From Polyangiaceae bacterium (lineage in GTDB: Bacteria > Myxococcota_A > Polyangia > Polyangiales > Polyangiaceae): DNA of 64,000 nucleotides. This document shows positions 1 to 9,869 of this stretch, one piece after another. Location of the stretch: assembly GCA_044376115.1 (NCBI GenBank), contig JBILLK010000023.1, positions 32,001 to 96,000 of the forward strand. The letters are read 5' to 3'. A program made the position numbers and the translations under genes. Every line of letters begins with the position of its first letter. Positions within the stretch are counted from its first letter, which is position 1. The notes under the pieces were generated by a model that was not told the DNA's origin, did not search any database, and saw only the letters and a program-made list of their open reading frames with translations.

Positions 1-51
1 GGCAGAGACCAGAAGCACAGCTGTCAGCGTTCGAGTAAGAATGCGGTCCAT
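1..51 (-). CDS. 5' end of a probable secreted protein (runs off the window)
   Basis: ATG at 51 preceded by GGGGA; reads MDRILTRTLTAVLLVSA..., a signal-peptide-like start. Confidence 0.45.
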   Translation of the reverse strand, partial: MDRILTRTLTAVLLVSA

Positions 52-126
52 AAGTCCCCAGGTTCGAAAGGCTCGTTGCGTGGCTGGCCTTAGTGTACGG
101 CGGAACGGCTCAATCGGCCAACTCGA

Positions 127-609
127 CTACTCAAACGCAGGGGCGTCTCCCGAAAGCGCGTGGTCTAGGAAATCGCGCATTCCCATCGCCATTTCGGCGG
201 GCAGTTCGGAAAGCAGAAACACGCGCGCCTCACGGATCTCCACAGGGTTCTTGGGCGGCTGCACAATGGGGCCGACCTCCGCTTCCACGACGATCGTCAC
301 GGCGTGAAAGCGAGGATCCCGGTCTGGTCTGGAATAGACGCCCACGATGCGCTTGAAGCTGGTTTGGTTGATACCTGCTTCCTCGATCACCTCGCGCACC
401 AGCGTTTCACGCAGCGTCTCACCCCACTCGACGGTGCCACCGGGCAGCGCCCACGTCCCAGTATCGCCACGCCGTATCAACACGATGCCCTCGGGACGTC
501 GTGCCACCACGGCGAGGCCAACCACAGGGCGCTTCAGAACGTGGCGAAAGATCTCTTTCGCGACGCCAACCACACCCGCAGGCAACAAATGGAGAGGAGC
601 AAAACTCAC
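127..609 (-). CDS. NUDIX hydrolase
   Basis: Nudix box GGTVEWGETLRETLVREVIEEAG; SRPDRDPRFH motif. Confidence 0.9.
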   Translation of the reverse strand: MSFAPLHLLPAGVVGVAKEIFRHVLKRPVVGLAVVARRPEGIVLIRRGDTGTWALPGGTVEWGETLRETLVREVIEEAGINQTSFKRIVGVYSRPDRDPRFHAVTIVVEAEVGPIVQPPKNPVEIREARVFLLSELPAEMAMGMRDFLDHALSGDAPAFE

Positions 610-618
610 AGCCCCCTT

Positions 619-1647
619 CTACCAGAGGACGTCCTGATGTTCGGAGACCCCCGGCACGTTCTCCAAGAAAAAGGTCGTTTGAGGCTCGCGCTGCTTGGGC
701 GTTGGAACGCGGACGGTGCCGCTGAACCCCCCGACCGGCTGCATGAAGTTGGAGCGAACAAACAGCAGCTCCTTTGTCTCGCGGTGCATAGCGAATGGGG
801 AAAACCGCAACTCGACCGAGCCGCAACTCGTGGAGATACGCCACTCGGACAACGGCCGCGCAGCGTCGTAGCTAAAGCGACCTTCACCGAGCGGGTAAAG
901 CTCACCGTCGATCCACACGCAGCATTCGGCCTCCCCGACGAAGCCTTCGACGAGGTTCAATACGATGGTCGCGCCGGAAGTGGTCCGCCCCAGCAAGAAC
1001 GCCCAGCGCCAAGCGGTGGCGCGCGCGAGGACACCCCGTGTGTGATCCGTCCCCATCAGGGTGTCGGTGAACGCGAAGCTACGTGCCCCCAGCGAGGCGC
1101 GCCCACGAACTCGGCAATAGCGCTTCTCGGTCGCGTTGGCGAAGCCGCCCTGTACGGGAACCACGGCTCCCATCGCCGGGGCCTGGCGACCGGGAACAGC
1201 CGACACTTGAAGAGACAGATCCTGGCCACGCTGCTTGTTGCGAGCCACAGTCAGCGCCATGCCGCGGTCCCCAACCGATAGCGAAACCCCTTTGGCAGTG
1301 AAGGTCGCGTTACGACAACCCGAGCCCCCGTCCACAAACCGCGTGGCGAAGGGGCCACCAACGAAAGATTCGTCAAAAAGGAAGCTCTTAGCCGCGAGAT
1401 CCGCGACGAAGAGGAGCGCGGTGGACGCATAGCCCAACGAGACGACCGCGCAACCGATGAGCAGTTGATCGCTCGCCAAGGCACAGTACGTCCAACGCTT
1501 GTGGCCGAGGAAGTCTGCGACACGGCCGCGTGTGGAGGGCCCGAGCTGCAACGCCGGAAGCCCTCCGCGAAAGGAGCCGAAGGCCAAGCCTTCACGATTT
1601 CGGAGCACCAGAGGGGCGGGGGCAAAGGAGTGCACGGTGCCGGGCAA
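619..1647 (-). CDS. DUF2804-family protein (start uncertain)
   Basis: KRWTY...GY, DHTRG.LAR.T.WRWA and FMQPVGGFSG...GVSEHQDVLW pattern recalled for DUF2804; 9 nt upstream of the NUDIX gene. Confidence 0.65.
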   Translation of the reverse strand: MPGTVHSFAPAPLVLRNREGLAFGSFRGGLPALQLGPSTRGRVADFLGHKRWTYCALASDQLLIGCAVVSLGYASTALLFVADLAAKSFLFDESFVGGPFATRFVDGGSGCRNATFTAKGVSLSVGDRGMALTVARNKQRGQDLSLQVSAVPGRQAPAMGAVVPVQGGFANATEKRYCRVRGRASLGARSFAFTDTLMGTDHTRGVLARATAWRWAFLLGRTTSGATIVLNLVEGFVGEAECCVWIDGELYPLGEGRFSYDAARPLSEWRISTSCGSVELRFSPFAMHRETKELLFVRSNFMQPVGGFSGTVRVPTPKQREPQTTFFLENVPGVSEHQDVLW

Positions 1648-1771
1648 GATAGCTCAACCGAGCTGCGGCGCGTGGTCGTTGGAGCGGCCGCAGGCTGTGA
1701 GAACGCTGGCGAGAAGAGAGCATGCACGAAGGCGACTCCCTTTCGCCGAACTATACGTAGAATGCGCGCCC

Positions 1772-3397
1772 ATGCCCGTACACGTCGCCGAGGTTCCCCG
1801 CCCTTCCAACGAACCGGTCCGCAGCTACGCCCCTGGCACCCGTGAGCGCGATGAGTTGCGCCACGCGCTCGCGGAAATGGAAGGCACTCCAGTCGAGGTG
1901 CCGATGGTGATTGGCGGCAAGGAAGTCCACACCGCCAACGCCTCTCCAATCGGATGTCCGCACAAGAAAAGGCTCTCGCTTGGAACCTTCAGCAACGGTC
2001 ACAAGGACCATGTGCTCGCCGCGATCTCGGCCGCCGAAGCAGCGCGCTACGAATGGTCGCGCATGAGCCAGGCTGCGCGCTCAGCCATCTTCTTGCGCGC
2101 GGGCGAGCTCGCTGCATCGAGCTTCCGCAATCGGCTGAACGCGTCGACCATGCTTGGCCAAAGCAAGACGGTCTACCAAGCCGAAATCGATTCAGCCTGT
2201 GAATTCGCAGATTTTCTGCGGTTCAACGCTTACTGGTCGCAGCACCTTTTGGAGGCGCCAGGCCCCGCGAGCAACATGTGGAACACCATCGAGCCGCGGC
2301 CTCTCGACGGCTTTGTATTGGCGGTTACGCCGTTCAACTTCACGGCGATCGCAGGCAACCTGCCTTCCGCCCCCGCCATGCTCGGGAACACGGTGGTGTG
2401 GAAACCCAGCCCGCTCGCCATGCGAAGTGCGCACGAGGTCATGACGTTGTTCCGCGCGGCGGGCCTACCGGATGGCGTCATCAATCTGGTGCAGGGGGAT
2501 GCAGCCGAGCTCGTGGGTACGGCGATCGACCACGAGAGCTTTGGCGGCTTGCATTTCACGGGGTCCACCGCTGTGTTCCGAGGGCTTTGGCAGCGGGTCG
2601 GGAACAACCTGAGCAACTATCGCGGCTACCCGCGCTTGGTCGGTGAAACGGGTGGGAAAGACTTCGTGTTTGCGCACGCCAGTGCCGATCGCGAAGCCCT
2701 CGCGGTGGCGCTCATCCGCGGGGCCTTCGAGTTTCAGGGCCAGAAGTGCTCTGCCGCTTCAAGAGCGTATGTGCCCCGGTCGCTCTGGAAAGAACTCGCG
2801 GAGCGACTCTGCTCCGAGGTGAAGAGCCTTCGTATGGGCGACGTCACCGATTTCCGAACCTTCATGGGCGCGGTGATCGATCAGCGCTCGTTCGACAAGC
2901 TCTCGGCCGTGCAACAGGAAGCACGAGCGGAGTCTCGCTACGAGGTGCTCGTCGGCGGAGGCGGAGATTCCCGCGAAGGTTTCTTTGTCGAACCCACCGT
3001 TGTCGTCACCACGGACCCCAACGCTCGCCTGATGCGAGACGAATTCTTTGGACCGCTGCTTACGGTGTTCGTCTACGAGGACGGTCAGGAGGACGAGACC
3101 TTGACCCTGTGCGACCAAGGTAGTCCCTATGCACTCACAGGCGCGGTCTTCAGCAATGACCGTGCGTTCGTCAACAAAGCGCTGGATCGGCTTCGAGATG
3201 CCGCAGGGAACTTCTACATCAACGACAAGCCCACGGGCGCCGTCGTTGCGCAGCAGCCCTTCGGGGGCGGCCGCGCATCCGGAACGAACGACAAGGCTGG
3301 TAGTCCACTAAACCTTCAGCGCTGGATCAGCCCCCGGGCGATCAAAGAGACCTACGTTCCAGCAACGGCCGTCGCCTACCCTTCGATGGCTGAGTGA
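1772..3397 (+). CDS. pruA: L-glutamate gamma-semialdehyde (P5C) dehydrogenase
   Basis: ALDH motifs PFNFTAI, FTGST, GETGGK, FQGQKCSA, EFFGP, NDKPTGAVVAQQPFGG; start moved to ATG 1772 (MPVHVAEVP). Confidence 0.92.
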   Translation: MPVHVAEVPRPSNEPVRSYAPGTRERDELRHALAEMEGTPVEVPMVIGGKEVHTANASPIGCPHKKRLSLGTFSNGHKDHVLAAISAAEAARYEWSRMSQAARSAIFLRAGELAASSFRNRLNASTMLGQSKTVYQAEIDSACEFADFLRFNAYWSQHLLEAPGPASNMWNTIEPRPLDGFVLAVTPFNFTAIAGNLPSAPAMLGNTVVWKPSPLAMRSAHEVMTLFRAAGLPDGVINLVQGDAAELVGTAIDHESFGGLHFTGSTAVFRGLWQRVGNNLSNYRGYPRLVGETGGKDFVFAHASADREALAVALIRGAFEFQGQKCSAASRAYVPRSLWKELAERLCSEVKSLRMGDVTDFRTFMGAVIDQRSFDKLSAVQQEARAESRYEVLVGGGGDSREGFFVEPTVVVTTDPNARLMRDEFFGPLLTVFVYEDGQEDETLTLCDQGSPYALTGAVFSNDRAFVNKALDRLRDAAGNFYINDKPTGAVVAQQPFGGGRASGTNDKAGSPLNLQRWISPRAIKETYVPATAVAYPSMAE

Positions 3398-3536
3398 GTC
3401 GACCTGGTCAACCTGAGGTAGGCCGCCGTTGTGGCGGAATGCGGCACGTGGGCCTTGTCTCCGGCCGAACCACACTGTAAGCCGTGCTGTCGCCTGCCGA
3501 GGCGAGGTCTGGCTGTTCAACCGTTGTGGAGGCACT

Positions 3537-5042
3537 GTGAAGTCTTATTTCCTTTCGAGTTCCGTCGTTCTTGCGCTTTCGTTCTCGATGGTTGTCGCCT
3601 GCGGCGACAGCGGCACCGGTGGAGCGGGAGGCGGCACTGGCGGCAGTGATGGTGGAACCGGCGGAACAGGCGGCAGCCCCTCGAGCGGCGGAGGACCTGG
3701 AGGTCCGACGGTTGGTGGCGGTGGCTCCGGCGGCGCTCCCGGCGATGGCAACGACAGCTTCGCAGAGGCCGGCGAGTTCGAAGCTGGCGACGGCTTCATC
3801 TTCGTGCAGGACGAGCTCGAAGACCCGGCCACCGACATCGACTTCTTCAAGTTCACGGCCGTTGCTGGCGCCTATTCGATTAGCGCGGATGCAAAGCCCC
3901 CGGAGGACGGGTTCGCTCCCGGCTACATGGACACGGTGATCAAGGTCTACAACAGCGCGATGCAGCAGGTTGCAGCCAACGACGATCCGTACCCGCGCAA
4001 CTCACAGGACTCCGCGGTGAACACCATCCTCGAGGCTGGTGAGTACTTCATCACGATCGAGGAGTTCTGCAACGCCGTGGATTGCCCCGACGAGCGCGCT
4101 TACTACAACGACATCACCGAGACCGCTTACGCGCTCGTCGTGTCGCAGTTCAACCCCGCCGACAACAGCGTGATTGAAGAGGCAGCAGAGCCGAACAGCA
4201 CGCTCGCGAATGCTTCCGTCATGGAGTACGAGCCCGTTGATGTGGACACCGACCCGAACAACTACTTCCTCAGCGTGAACTTCGGCGACTGGAGCAACGC
4301 CGACACGGTTGACGCAGTGAGGCTCACGGTGCCCGCCAACCTCGAGGTGGATCCGCTCTCGCGTCCGAGCGGCCGCATCATCATTCCGCCCCCCGGCACC
4401 AACGGCAACGGTTCCACCAAGAACCCCGGCGTCATTTCGGTTCTCAACGCCACCTCCAACGCCGTCGTCGCCCGGTTCGACCTCAGCAACGAGGATGACT
4501 CGACCGACCGCGCCGAGCTCACCTTCCCGCTTACGCTGGCTCCCCAGGAGTACCTGATCACGATCGACCAGGGCGGCAACGCAGCGGGCGGGACCTCGCC
4601 CTTCTACTTCATGCTTCACGGCATCGGCGGTGGCAATCCGCTCGAGACCCAGGAGACGATGAACAACGCTGTTGGGACGCCCGAAGCGTTGACCTCCGTG
4701 CCGAACGGCGACTTCTTCAGCAACTTCATCGAGGGTGACCTCCCCGATGCTGACGCCGATCACTTCTTGCTCCAGGTCGAGGGCGAGGCGCTCTTCGTCG
4801 CTTGCGGCGGTCTGCGCAGCGGCTCCGGCGCGACCGTTCGCGCCACTGTGCTCGACGGCGCAACGACGATCGCGATGGACACTGAGACCGCGGCGATCAC
4901 CGGCGGCCTCTTCATCGAGAACGTCGATGTCACCGGGCTCGACACGGTCATCGTGAAGATCGACAAGACCGCGCAAAACGCAGCGGTTGCTGGCAACTAC
5001 TACCGTTGTGGCTTCGCCTTCGGCGCACCCACGATGCCATGA
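3537..5042 (+). CDS. Acidic lipoprotein with Gly-rich linker and repeated pre-peptidase C-terminal (PPC)-like beta domains
   Basis: GTG start after GGAGG; lipobox VVAC; DIDFFKF, DTVIKVY...ANDD and DADHF motifs. Confidence 0.75.
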   Translation: MKSYFLSSSVVLALSFSMVVACGDSGTGGAGGGTGGSDGGTGGTGGSPSSGGGPGGPTVGGGGSGGAPGDGNDSFAEAGEFEAGDGFIFVQDELEDPATDIDFFKFTAVAGAYSISADAKPPEDGFAPGYMDTVIKVYNSAMQQVAANDDPYPRNSQDSAVNTILEAGEYFITIEEFCNAVDCPDERAYYNDITETAYALVVSQFNPADNSVIEEAAEPNSTLANASVMEYEPVDVDTDPNNYFLSVNFGDWSNADTVDAVRLTVPANLEVDPLSRPSGRIIIPPPGTNGNGSTKNPGVISVLNATSNAVVARFDLSNEDDSTDRAELTFPLTLAPQEYLITIDQGGNAAGGTSPFYFMLHGIGGGNPLETQETMNNAVGTPEALTSVPNGDFFSNFIEGDLPDADADHFLLQVEGEALFVACGGLRSGSGATVRATVLDGATTIAMDTETAAITGGLFIENVDVTGLDTVIVKIDKTAQNAAVAGNYYRCGFAFGAPTMP

Positions 5043-5084
5043 GTTGACCGCAGCAAAGCCGATTCGTCGGCCTAGCTAAGCGAA

Positions 5085-5110
5085 AGAGCCGGTCCACTTG
5101 GACCGGCTCT
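5085..5110. terminator. Hairpin between convergent genes, likely intrinsic terminator
   Basis: AGAGCCGGTCC-actt-GGACCGGCTCT perfect 11-bp stem followed by CTTCGTTT. Confidence 0.7.
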
Positions 5111-5152
5111 CTTCGTTTCGAACCTCCGCAGCACAACGAGCGCAGCAGAGGC

Positions 5153-7969
5153 TCACGAAGCTGCGAGCTGTTCCCGGAGCTCAGCAGCCATTGCGGAGAC
5201 GGTGAAGGCCATCAGCTCGGCCTCGCGCTCAGCCAACGAGAGTGCGCCTTTCGACAAAAGAGGAAGGCAACGACGAGCTGCCTCGAGATCGCCTGCTAGC
5301 AACAAACCGGCGCGCAGGCAGGCCCGATCGACCGCGCGCGCGTACTCGGCAAGATCCACTCGCCCGCCTCCCTGGTCGAACGCAAAGACGGCCGCTTCGA
5401 GCTCGCTGTCCTCCGCCTCACGAACCTCGAGACCAAACGGTGGACTCAGCAGGTCCACAAGCGAACGAAGCGCGGGTGGGGCAAGGGTATCCGGCGCGAC
5501 TCGTCGAACAGCAGTAATGAAACAGGCGGCGAGATCGTCCACGCTCGATGAGAGCCGCACCAGACGATGCTCTGGTAGATGCCCAGCAATATTCCACCCC
5601 GCGAGGAAGCTTAGCTCCGCGAGCGACTTCCCCCGAAGGGCCTGAGCGCCAACCACTGTCACCGGCTGCTCCCGTAGAACGGCAGTCATGCCCTCCTCGC
5701 TCGCATCTTCGAGATAGACGGAGGGCAACGAGGCAGAAAGAGCGCGCGCGGCCCAGGCAAGAGAGCGAGCGGCGCTCACCGTGGAGTTGTCAGGATCGAC
5801 GCGCGAAGCTTCACTCAACGGCGCGAGACGACCGGCGCGCTGAGCAAGCCCGCACAGGGCCGTGGCAAGCGAACGGTCCGCGGCCCGAAACACACGCGCT
5901 GTCCGCTCGATGCCCGAAGCATCTGAGGCAGGCAGTAGGCTGCGGCGCAGCATGTCGTGAGCAAGCCCCGCCAAGGAGCCTGTAGGTCGAGCAGAAAGCT
6001 CCTCTCGACTCGCGCCAATGATGGCGCGTTCGCGATCCCCAGCGGCGCCCTCGGACATCAGCACTGCGGCGGCGGCGTACGCCCGCTCGACGCGGTCTTG
6101 CTTTACGAACGCATCAAACAGGCGCTTGTGTACCGAGAGATCTCGCGGGTTGAGGGCAACCACGTCGCAGAGCGCACGCTCCATGATCGAGAAGGCGCCG
6201 GCCTGTTCTGCAACCTGCGCCAAGGTCCGCAGTGATCCTTCGTCGGCGGGGGCTAGCGAAACCGCCAGTTCGGCCTCTGCCAGCGCGCTGGCAGCGTCCT
6301 CTAGATGTTCCGACAAGAGGATGGCCAGCCGTCGGTGAAGCTCATGTTGCAGCCGTGCGGAAAGTTCAGCGTCCTCGAGACGGACCGCGCGATCGAGCAT
6401 GCGGCGGTAGGCGCCCTCCAACTCCGCCCACTCCTGACGCTCGCTCAGCAGCGCACTCAAGCGAGCCAAGGGCTGGAGCGTCCCTGGATGAGTGTCAAGC
6501 GCACGCTCGAAAAGGTCGAGGGCCTCGTCCTCCCGCTTGCGGTCGATCATTTCCTCGGCAAGCGCGGTAAACCTTGAGGCCCGCTGACTTGGATCCTCGA
6601 TGGTCTGGGCGAGGCGCTTTCGTAGCTCGATCGAATCTTCGACTCGTCGCTCGCTCTCCGCCAATTCTACTAGCAGCTCCAACGCGTGTCGCTCGAGTGG
6701 CTCGAGCGTGATGGCGTGCTCAAGCCGCTCCCGAGCGCGAAGTGGGTCCGAAAAATCGCGCAACCACGACTGCCCGAACAGCACCAATAGGCTAGCTCTC
6801 TCGGCATCGCTAGCCAAGTTAGCCAGCAGGCGCTCCTCCACCAGGTTGACTGCACGCCTATCTCCAACGTTGGTGTGCAGGGTGTGAAGCATGCGCAGGA
6901 CTTGTTGCGCTTCCTGGAGCTTGGGATCGACCTCGAGAGCTTTCTCCAAGCTCGCGATCGCCTCTTTGGTGCGACCTTGACGGACGAAAAGCTCCCCTAC
7001 CCGCAAGTGAATGAGCGCCCGTTCGCTGTTCTCAGCAGACGCACCGGCGGTCTTCGGACCGACCAGCGAAAGGGCCTTACGAAGCTTCGCAAGAGCGGCT
7101 TCGTCCGCCCCCTCGCTGGCCAGCGAAAGGGCTTCCTCAACAGCAATCTGAGGATTCAACGGCCCGGCGCGACGCGATGGTGCCGGCTCGGGAACAGCGG
7201 GCTGCGGTGACTCGACGACCGTGTCGCGATTGGTCAACGTGATTCGCAGCTCACCGCTGTCGCTATCGTCGTTCTCAAAGTGTTCCGCCGAGACGACGAG
7301 CTTCGGTAAGAACACGAAGCCCTCCAACGGCGCCGAACAAGCCAGTGCGCCGAGGCTTCCTCCTGCGAAGCGTCTGCGCAGATTGAACACGAGATCGTCT
7401 GCGGAAATTGCAGCAACGCCAGCGGCAGCGATCTCACTGAGCAGTGCCGAGGTGAGCGAGCGCGGGGCATCCTCGCCCAAGCCAACGAACGCAATCACCG
7501 CAGCGCCGTCGACCTGGACTGCCGCCAGTGCGAGTCTCACTAACTCAGCCGGCGACTCATTCGGGGAACACCACAGATCCAGAATCACGAGCGGCGGTAG
7601 CTCCGCGTGCTTGTCGAGCAGCGCCAAGGTCACGTCTGAAACGGAATCCAGCAACTCTGGCGCTGTCTCATCGAGAATGAGCAGAATCTCGCCACCTATT
7701 GCGGTGGCGCGCGCCGAGACAAACAGCAGCAACTCGCGAGGCGGCTCGAACGGTGTAAGCGCGTCTTCGACCTGACCCGCCAGATCTTCGCTGCAATCCA
7801 CCGGCAGCGTGGTGAAGCCCAACCTGGGCGACGCCAATGCCTCCGCGACAAGCCGCGAATCCGCGGCCGCTTGGCTTCCGCCCTCTCGTTGTGGCGGGAA
7901 CGCAACAACCGCAACGCGCGAGCTTTTCAGCTTCTCGCCCATGAGTTCGCCTTGCCCTACTTCAACCAC
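5153..7969 (-). CDS. Large TPR protein with degenerate caspase-like N-terminal domain and zincin-like C-terminal region
   Basis: TPR repeats (EAIASLEKALEVDPK, EALDLFERALDTHPG); N-terminal LLLFVSARA / LVILDLWCS / SLTSALL spaced like caspase motifs; C-terminal ELSFLAGWNIAGH. Confidence 0.75.
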   Translation of the reverse strand: MVEVGQGELMGEKLKSSRVAVVAFPPQREGGSQAAADSRLVAEALASPRLGFTTLPVDCSEDLAGQVEDALTPFEPPRELLLFVSARATAIGGEILLILDETAPELLDSVSDVTLALLDKHAELPPLVILDLWCSPNESPAELVRLALAAVQVDGAAVIAFVGLGEDAPRSLTSALLSEIAAAGVAAISADDLVFNLRRRFAGGSLGALACSAPLEGFVFLPKLVVSAEHFENDDSDSGELRITLTNRDTVVESPQPAVPEPAPSRRAGPLNPQIAVEEALSLASEGADEAALAKLRKALSLVGPKTAGASAENSERALIHLRVGELFVRQGRTKEAIASLEKALEVDPKLQEAQQVLRMLHTLHTNVGDRRAVNLVEERLLANLASDAERASLLVLFGQSWLRDFSDPLRARERLEHAITLEPLERHALELLVELAESERRVEDSIELRKRLAQTIEDPSQRASRFTALAEEMIDRKREDEALDLFERALDTHPGTLQPLARLSALLSERQEWAELEGAYRRMLDRAVRLEDAELSARLQHELHRRLAILLSEHLEDAASALAEAELAVSLAPADEGSLRTLAQVAEQAGAFSIMERALCDVVALNPRDLSVHKRLFDAFVKQDRVERAYAAAAVLMSEGAAGDRERAIIGASREELSARPTGSLAGLAHDMLRRSLLPASDASGIERTARVFRAADRSLATALCGLAQRAGRLAPLSEASRVDPDNSTVSAARSLAWAARALSASLPSVYLEDASEEGMTAVLREQPVTVVGAQALRGKSLAELSFLAGWNIAGHLPEHRLVRLSSSVDDLAACFITAVRRVAPDTLAPPALRSLVDLLSPPFGLEVREAEDSELEAAVFAFDQGGGRVDLAEYARAVDRACLRAGLLLAGDLEAARRCLPLLSKGALSLAEREAELMAFTVSAMAAELREQLAAS

Positions 7970-8283
7970 TACTCGAGGGGCTCAGCGGCGTAGCAGGCCT
8001 CGAGGTCTGACAATTCGGCCTCGGTGATAGCGCACACGTTGTCTGTCAAATCGAGAAGACAGTTTGCGCGACGTTCAAGCACGCCCTCACACTCTTGTGA
8101 AACCGCGGTCTCTTCACTGTCGGCGGGACTCAGCGCGCACCCGTTGGCCTCCGCTTCATCGACGACCTCGTCGCAAACGGTGCCACAGCCGGCAAGCCAC
8201 ATCGCGATAGGGAGCGCGCAAAACGCCCACGAGTTCAACCCTCGTACGAGTCCCGAAGCAAACCAAGTCGCAGTTCGGCGCAT
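7969..8283 (-). CDS. Small acidic Cys-rich lipoprotein (paralog A)
   Basis: ATG 8283, lipobox LAGC, Cys pattern shared with the next gene; stop overlaps the TPR gene start. Confidence 0.7.
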   Translation of the reverse strand: MRRTATWFASGLVRGLNSWAFCALPIAMWLAGCGTVCDEVVDEAEANGCALSPADSEETAVSQECEGVLERRANCLLDLTDNVCAITEAELSDLEACYAAEPLE

Positions 8284-8353
8284 GGCCGAAACTTTTATCA
8301 GAACGGTGCGCTTGCCGCGGGAAATTCCGCAGCAAGGGGCAGCATGGTAGTGA

Positions 8354-8635
8354 TCAGGGAGCGCATTCACCCGACTCGCGACACTCCGCAAGCGCTGTAC
8401 CGTACTCGGCACACAAGTCCCTTTTCGACGCGAGGATGCAGGAAGCACAGGCTTCCTCGTCAGAGTCACACACGTCATTGGTCCGCTCGTTGGCGGTGTC
8501 ATTGGTTTCGGTCGCCCCCACATCCCCGACACAATCGGCCAGTGTGGAGATCAGATCGTCGCAGGTCGAGCCGCACCCGCACGCAAGAATTCCGCTGGTG
8601 AGCGCAAACAGACGCAGCGTCGACCTCAAATGCAT
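8354..8635 (-). CDS. Small acidic Cys-rich lipoprotein (paralog B)
   Basis: ATG 8635, signal MHLRSTLRLFALTSGILACGC, CGSTCDDLI...CDSDEEACASCILASKRDLCA. Confidence 0.7.
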   Translation of the reverse strand: MHLRSTLRLFALTSGILACGCGSTCDDLISTLADCVGDVGATETNDTANERTNDVCDSDEEACASCILASKRDLCAEYGTALAECRESGECAP

Positions 8636-8648
8636 GCTCAGCGCCCTA

Positions 8649-9869
8649 CTACGTCCGCGCAAGAAGCTCGACCAGTTTTCTTGCGCTTGGGATCCGCTCG
8701 GTTTTTTTCGCCAAACACCCCGTTGCGACGGCAGACACCTGTTGGATCCACTTGGCGGAGGTGGCGCCATGAGCGGTCAGAGCCTCCTCCAGAACTCGCC
8801 CGAAGCCGTAGATGTCGTCAGCGAAGTTGGTGGCAGCGCCTGCAATGCGTTCTGGTGAAAGGTAGGCCGCACTTCCGCCGGCTTGCTCCTCTCCTTCGCG
8901 ACGCGCCAAGCCGAAGTCCGACAACACGGGCTCGGCGAGATGCCTCAGCAAGATGTTGCCGGGCTTGAGATCGCCGTGCACGTACCCGTGACTATGCAAA
9001 GCGGCGAGGGCGCGCGCCAGCGGGAGGAGCCAAGGCCAAACCTCCTCGCCCGGTGTTGCAAGATCAGTGCGGCGCTTGATCACCCAGTCTCGCAACGAGC
9101 CCATTTGGACCCACTCCATGGTCACCCAGCCCTGGGCCGGATCGGCATCGAATACTCGCACAGCGAAGCGCGGACCCAACTGCGCCGCCATAGCAACCTC
9201 GTTCTTGAGGACGTCGGCGTCGCCAGCTCTGCGATGAAAAACTTTGAACGCTACCCGCCGCTGCAGCACATCGTCTCGGGCCTCGTAAACGGTGCCAGCT
9301 CCGCCGCGAGCGACCTCCCGCAGGATCGTTACCGTGGCGGTTTCGGGCGCTGCGGTCGCAACGGTGGCCTCATCTCTCCGCCGAGTTCGTTCGAGCCGGT
9401 GTGTCCCCAGTAGGCGGCTCCAGTGCGCGTGTCTCTCCCAAGCGCCATGCGCGCCAAGATCGTGCGCGAGCACTCGTTCCAACGTCGCGAGCGCTCGTGC
9501 GAAGTCGCCGCCTTCAGCAACCAACTCGGCCAACAGCAGCAAGTTCTCGGGCGATCTCTGCGTCTCGAGCAGTTGGATCGCACGCTCCGCCTCCCCACGC
9601 TCCGCAAGCGCGCGAGCAACTTTGAGCGCCACTGGCTCCGACAACGATTGGTTGAGGACAGCCGCAAGGAAGGCGCGTTCTTCACCCGTCCCACGCACGC
9701 GGTCGAGCTCCCGCTCGACCACCTCGGGAGCCAGCCGTGCGGGCGCGATTTCGGACGACGGCCCGTCAGAGCTCGAAGGCTGCGCCTGGACAACGGGCTC
9801 AGACAGCTCGATGGGCGCGGGCGCCGGCTCGCCTGCGAGCCTCGACTTCAACCTCTGCCACAAACTCAT
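8649..9869 (-). CDS. Hanks-type Ser/Thr protein kinase with N-terminal helical/TPR-like region
   Basis: RGGAGTVY, VAFK, HGDLKPGN, DFG, YLSPE, DIYGFG all intact. Confidence 0.9.
   Translation of the reverse strand: MSLWQRLKSRLAGEPAPAPIELSEPVVQAQPSSSDGPSSEIAPARLAPEVVERELDRVRGTGEERAFLAAVLNQSLSEPVALKVARALAERGEAERAIQLLETQRSPENLLLLAELVAEGGDFARALATLERVLAHDLGAHGAWERHAHWSRLLGTHRLERTRRRDEATVATAAPETATVTILREVARGGAGTVYEARDDVLQRRVAFKVFHRRAGDADVLKNEVAMAAQLGPRFAVRVFDADPAQGWVTMEWVQMGSLRDWVIKRRTDLATPGEEVWPWLLPLARALAALHSHGYVHGDLKPGNILLRHLAEPVLSDFGLARREGEEQAGGSAAYLSPERIAGAATNFADDIYGFGRVLEEALTAHGATSAKWIQQVSAVATGCLAKKTERIPSARKLVELLART

Noticed and set aside
304..1281. 325-aa plus-strand ORF
   Set aside because: Antisense shadow of the NUDIX and DUF2804 genes with no recognisable motifs
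4002..4976. 324-aa minus-strand ORF
   Set aside because: Antisense to the lipoprotein gene; typical high-GC codon-bias shadow
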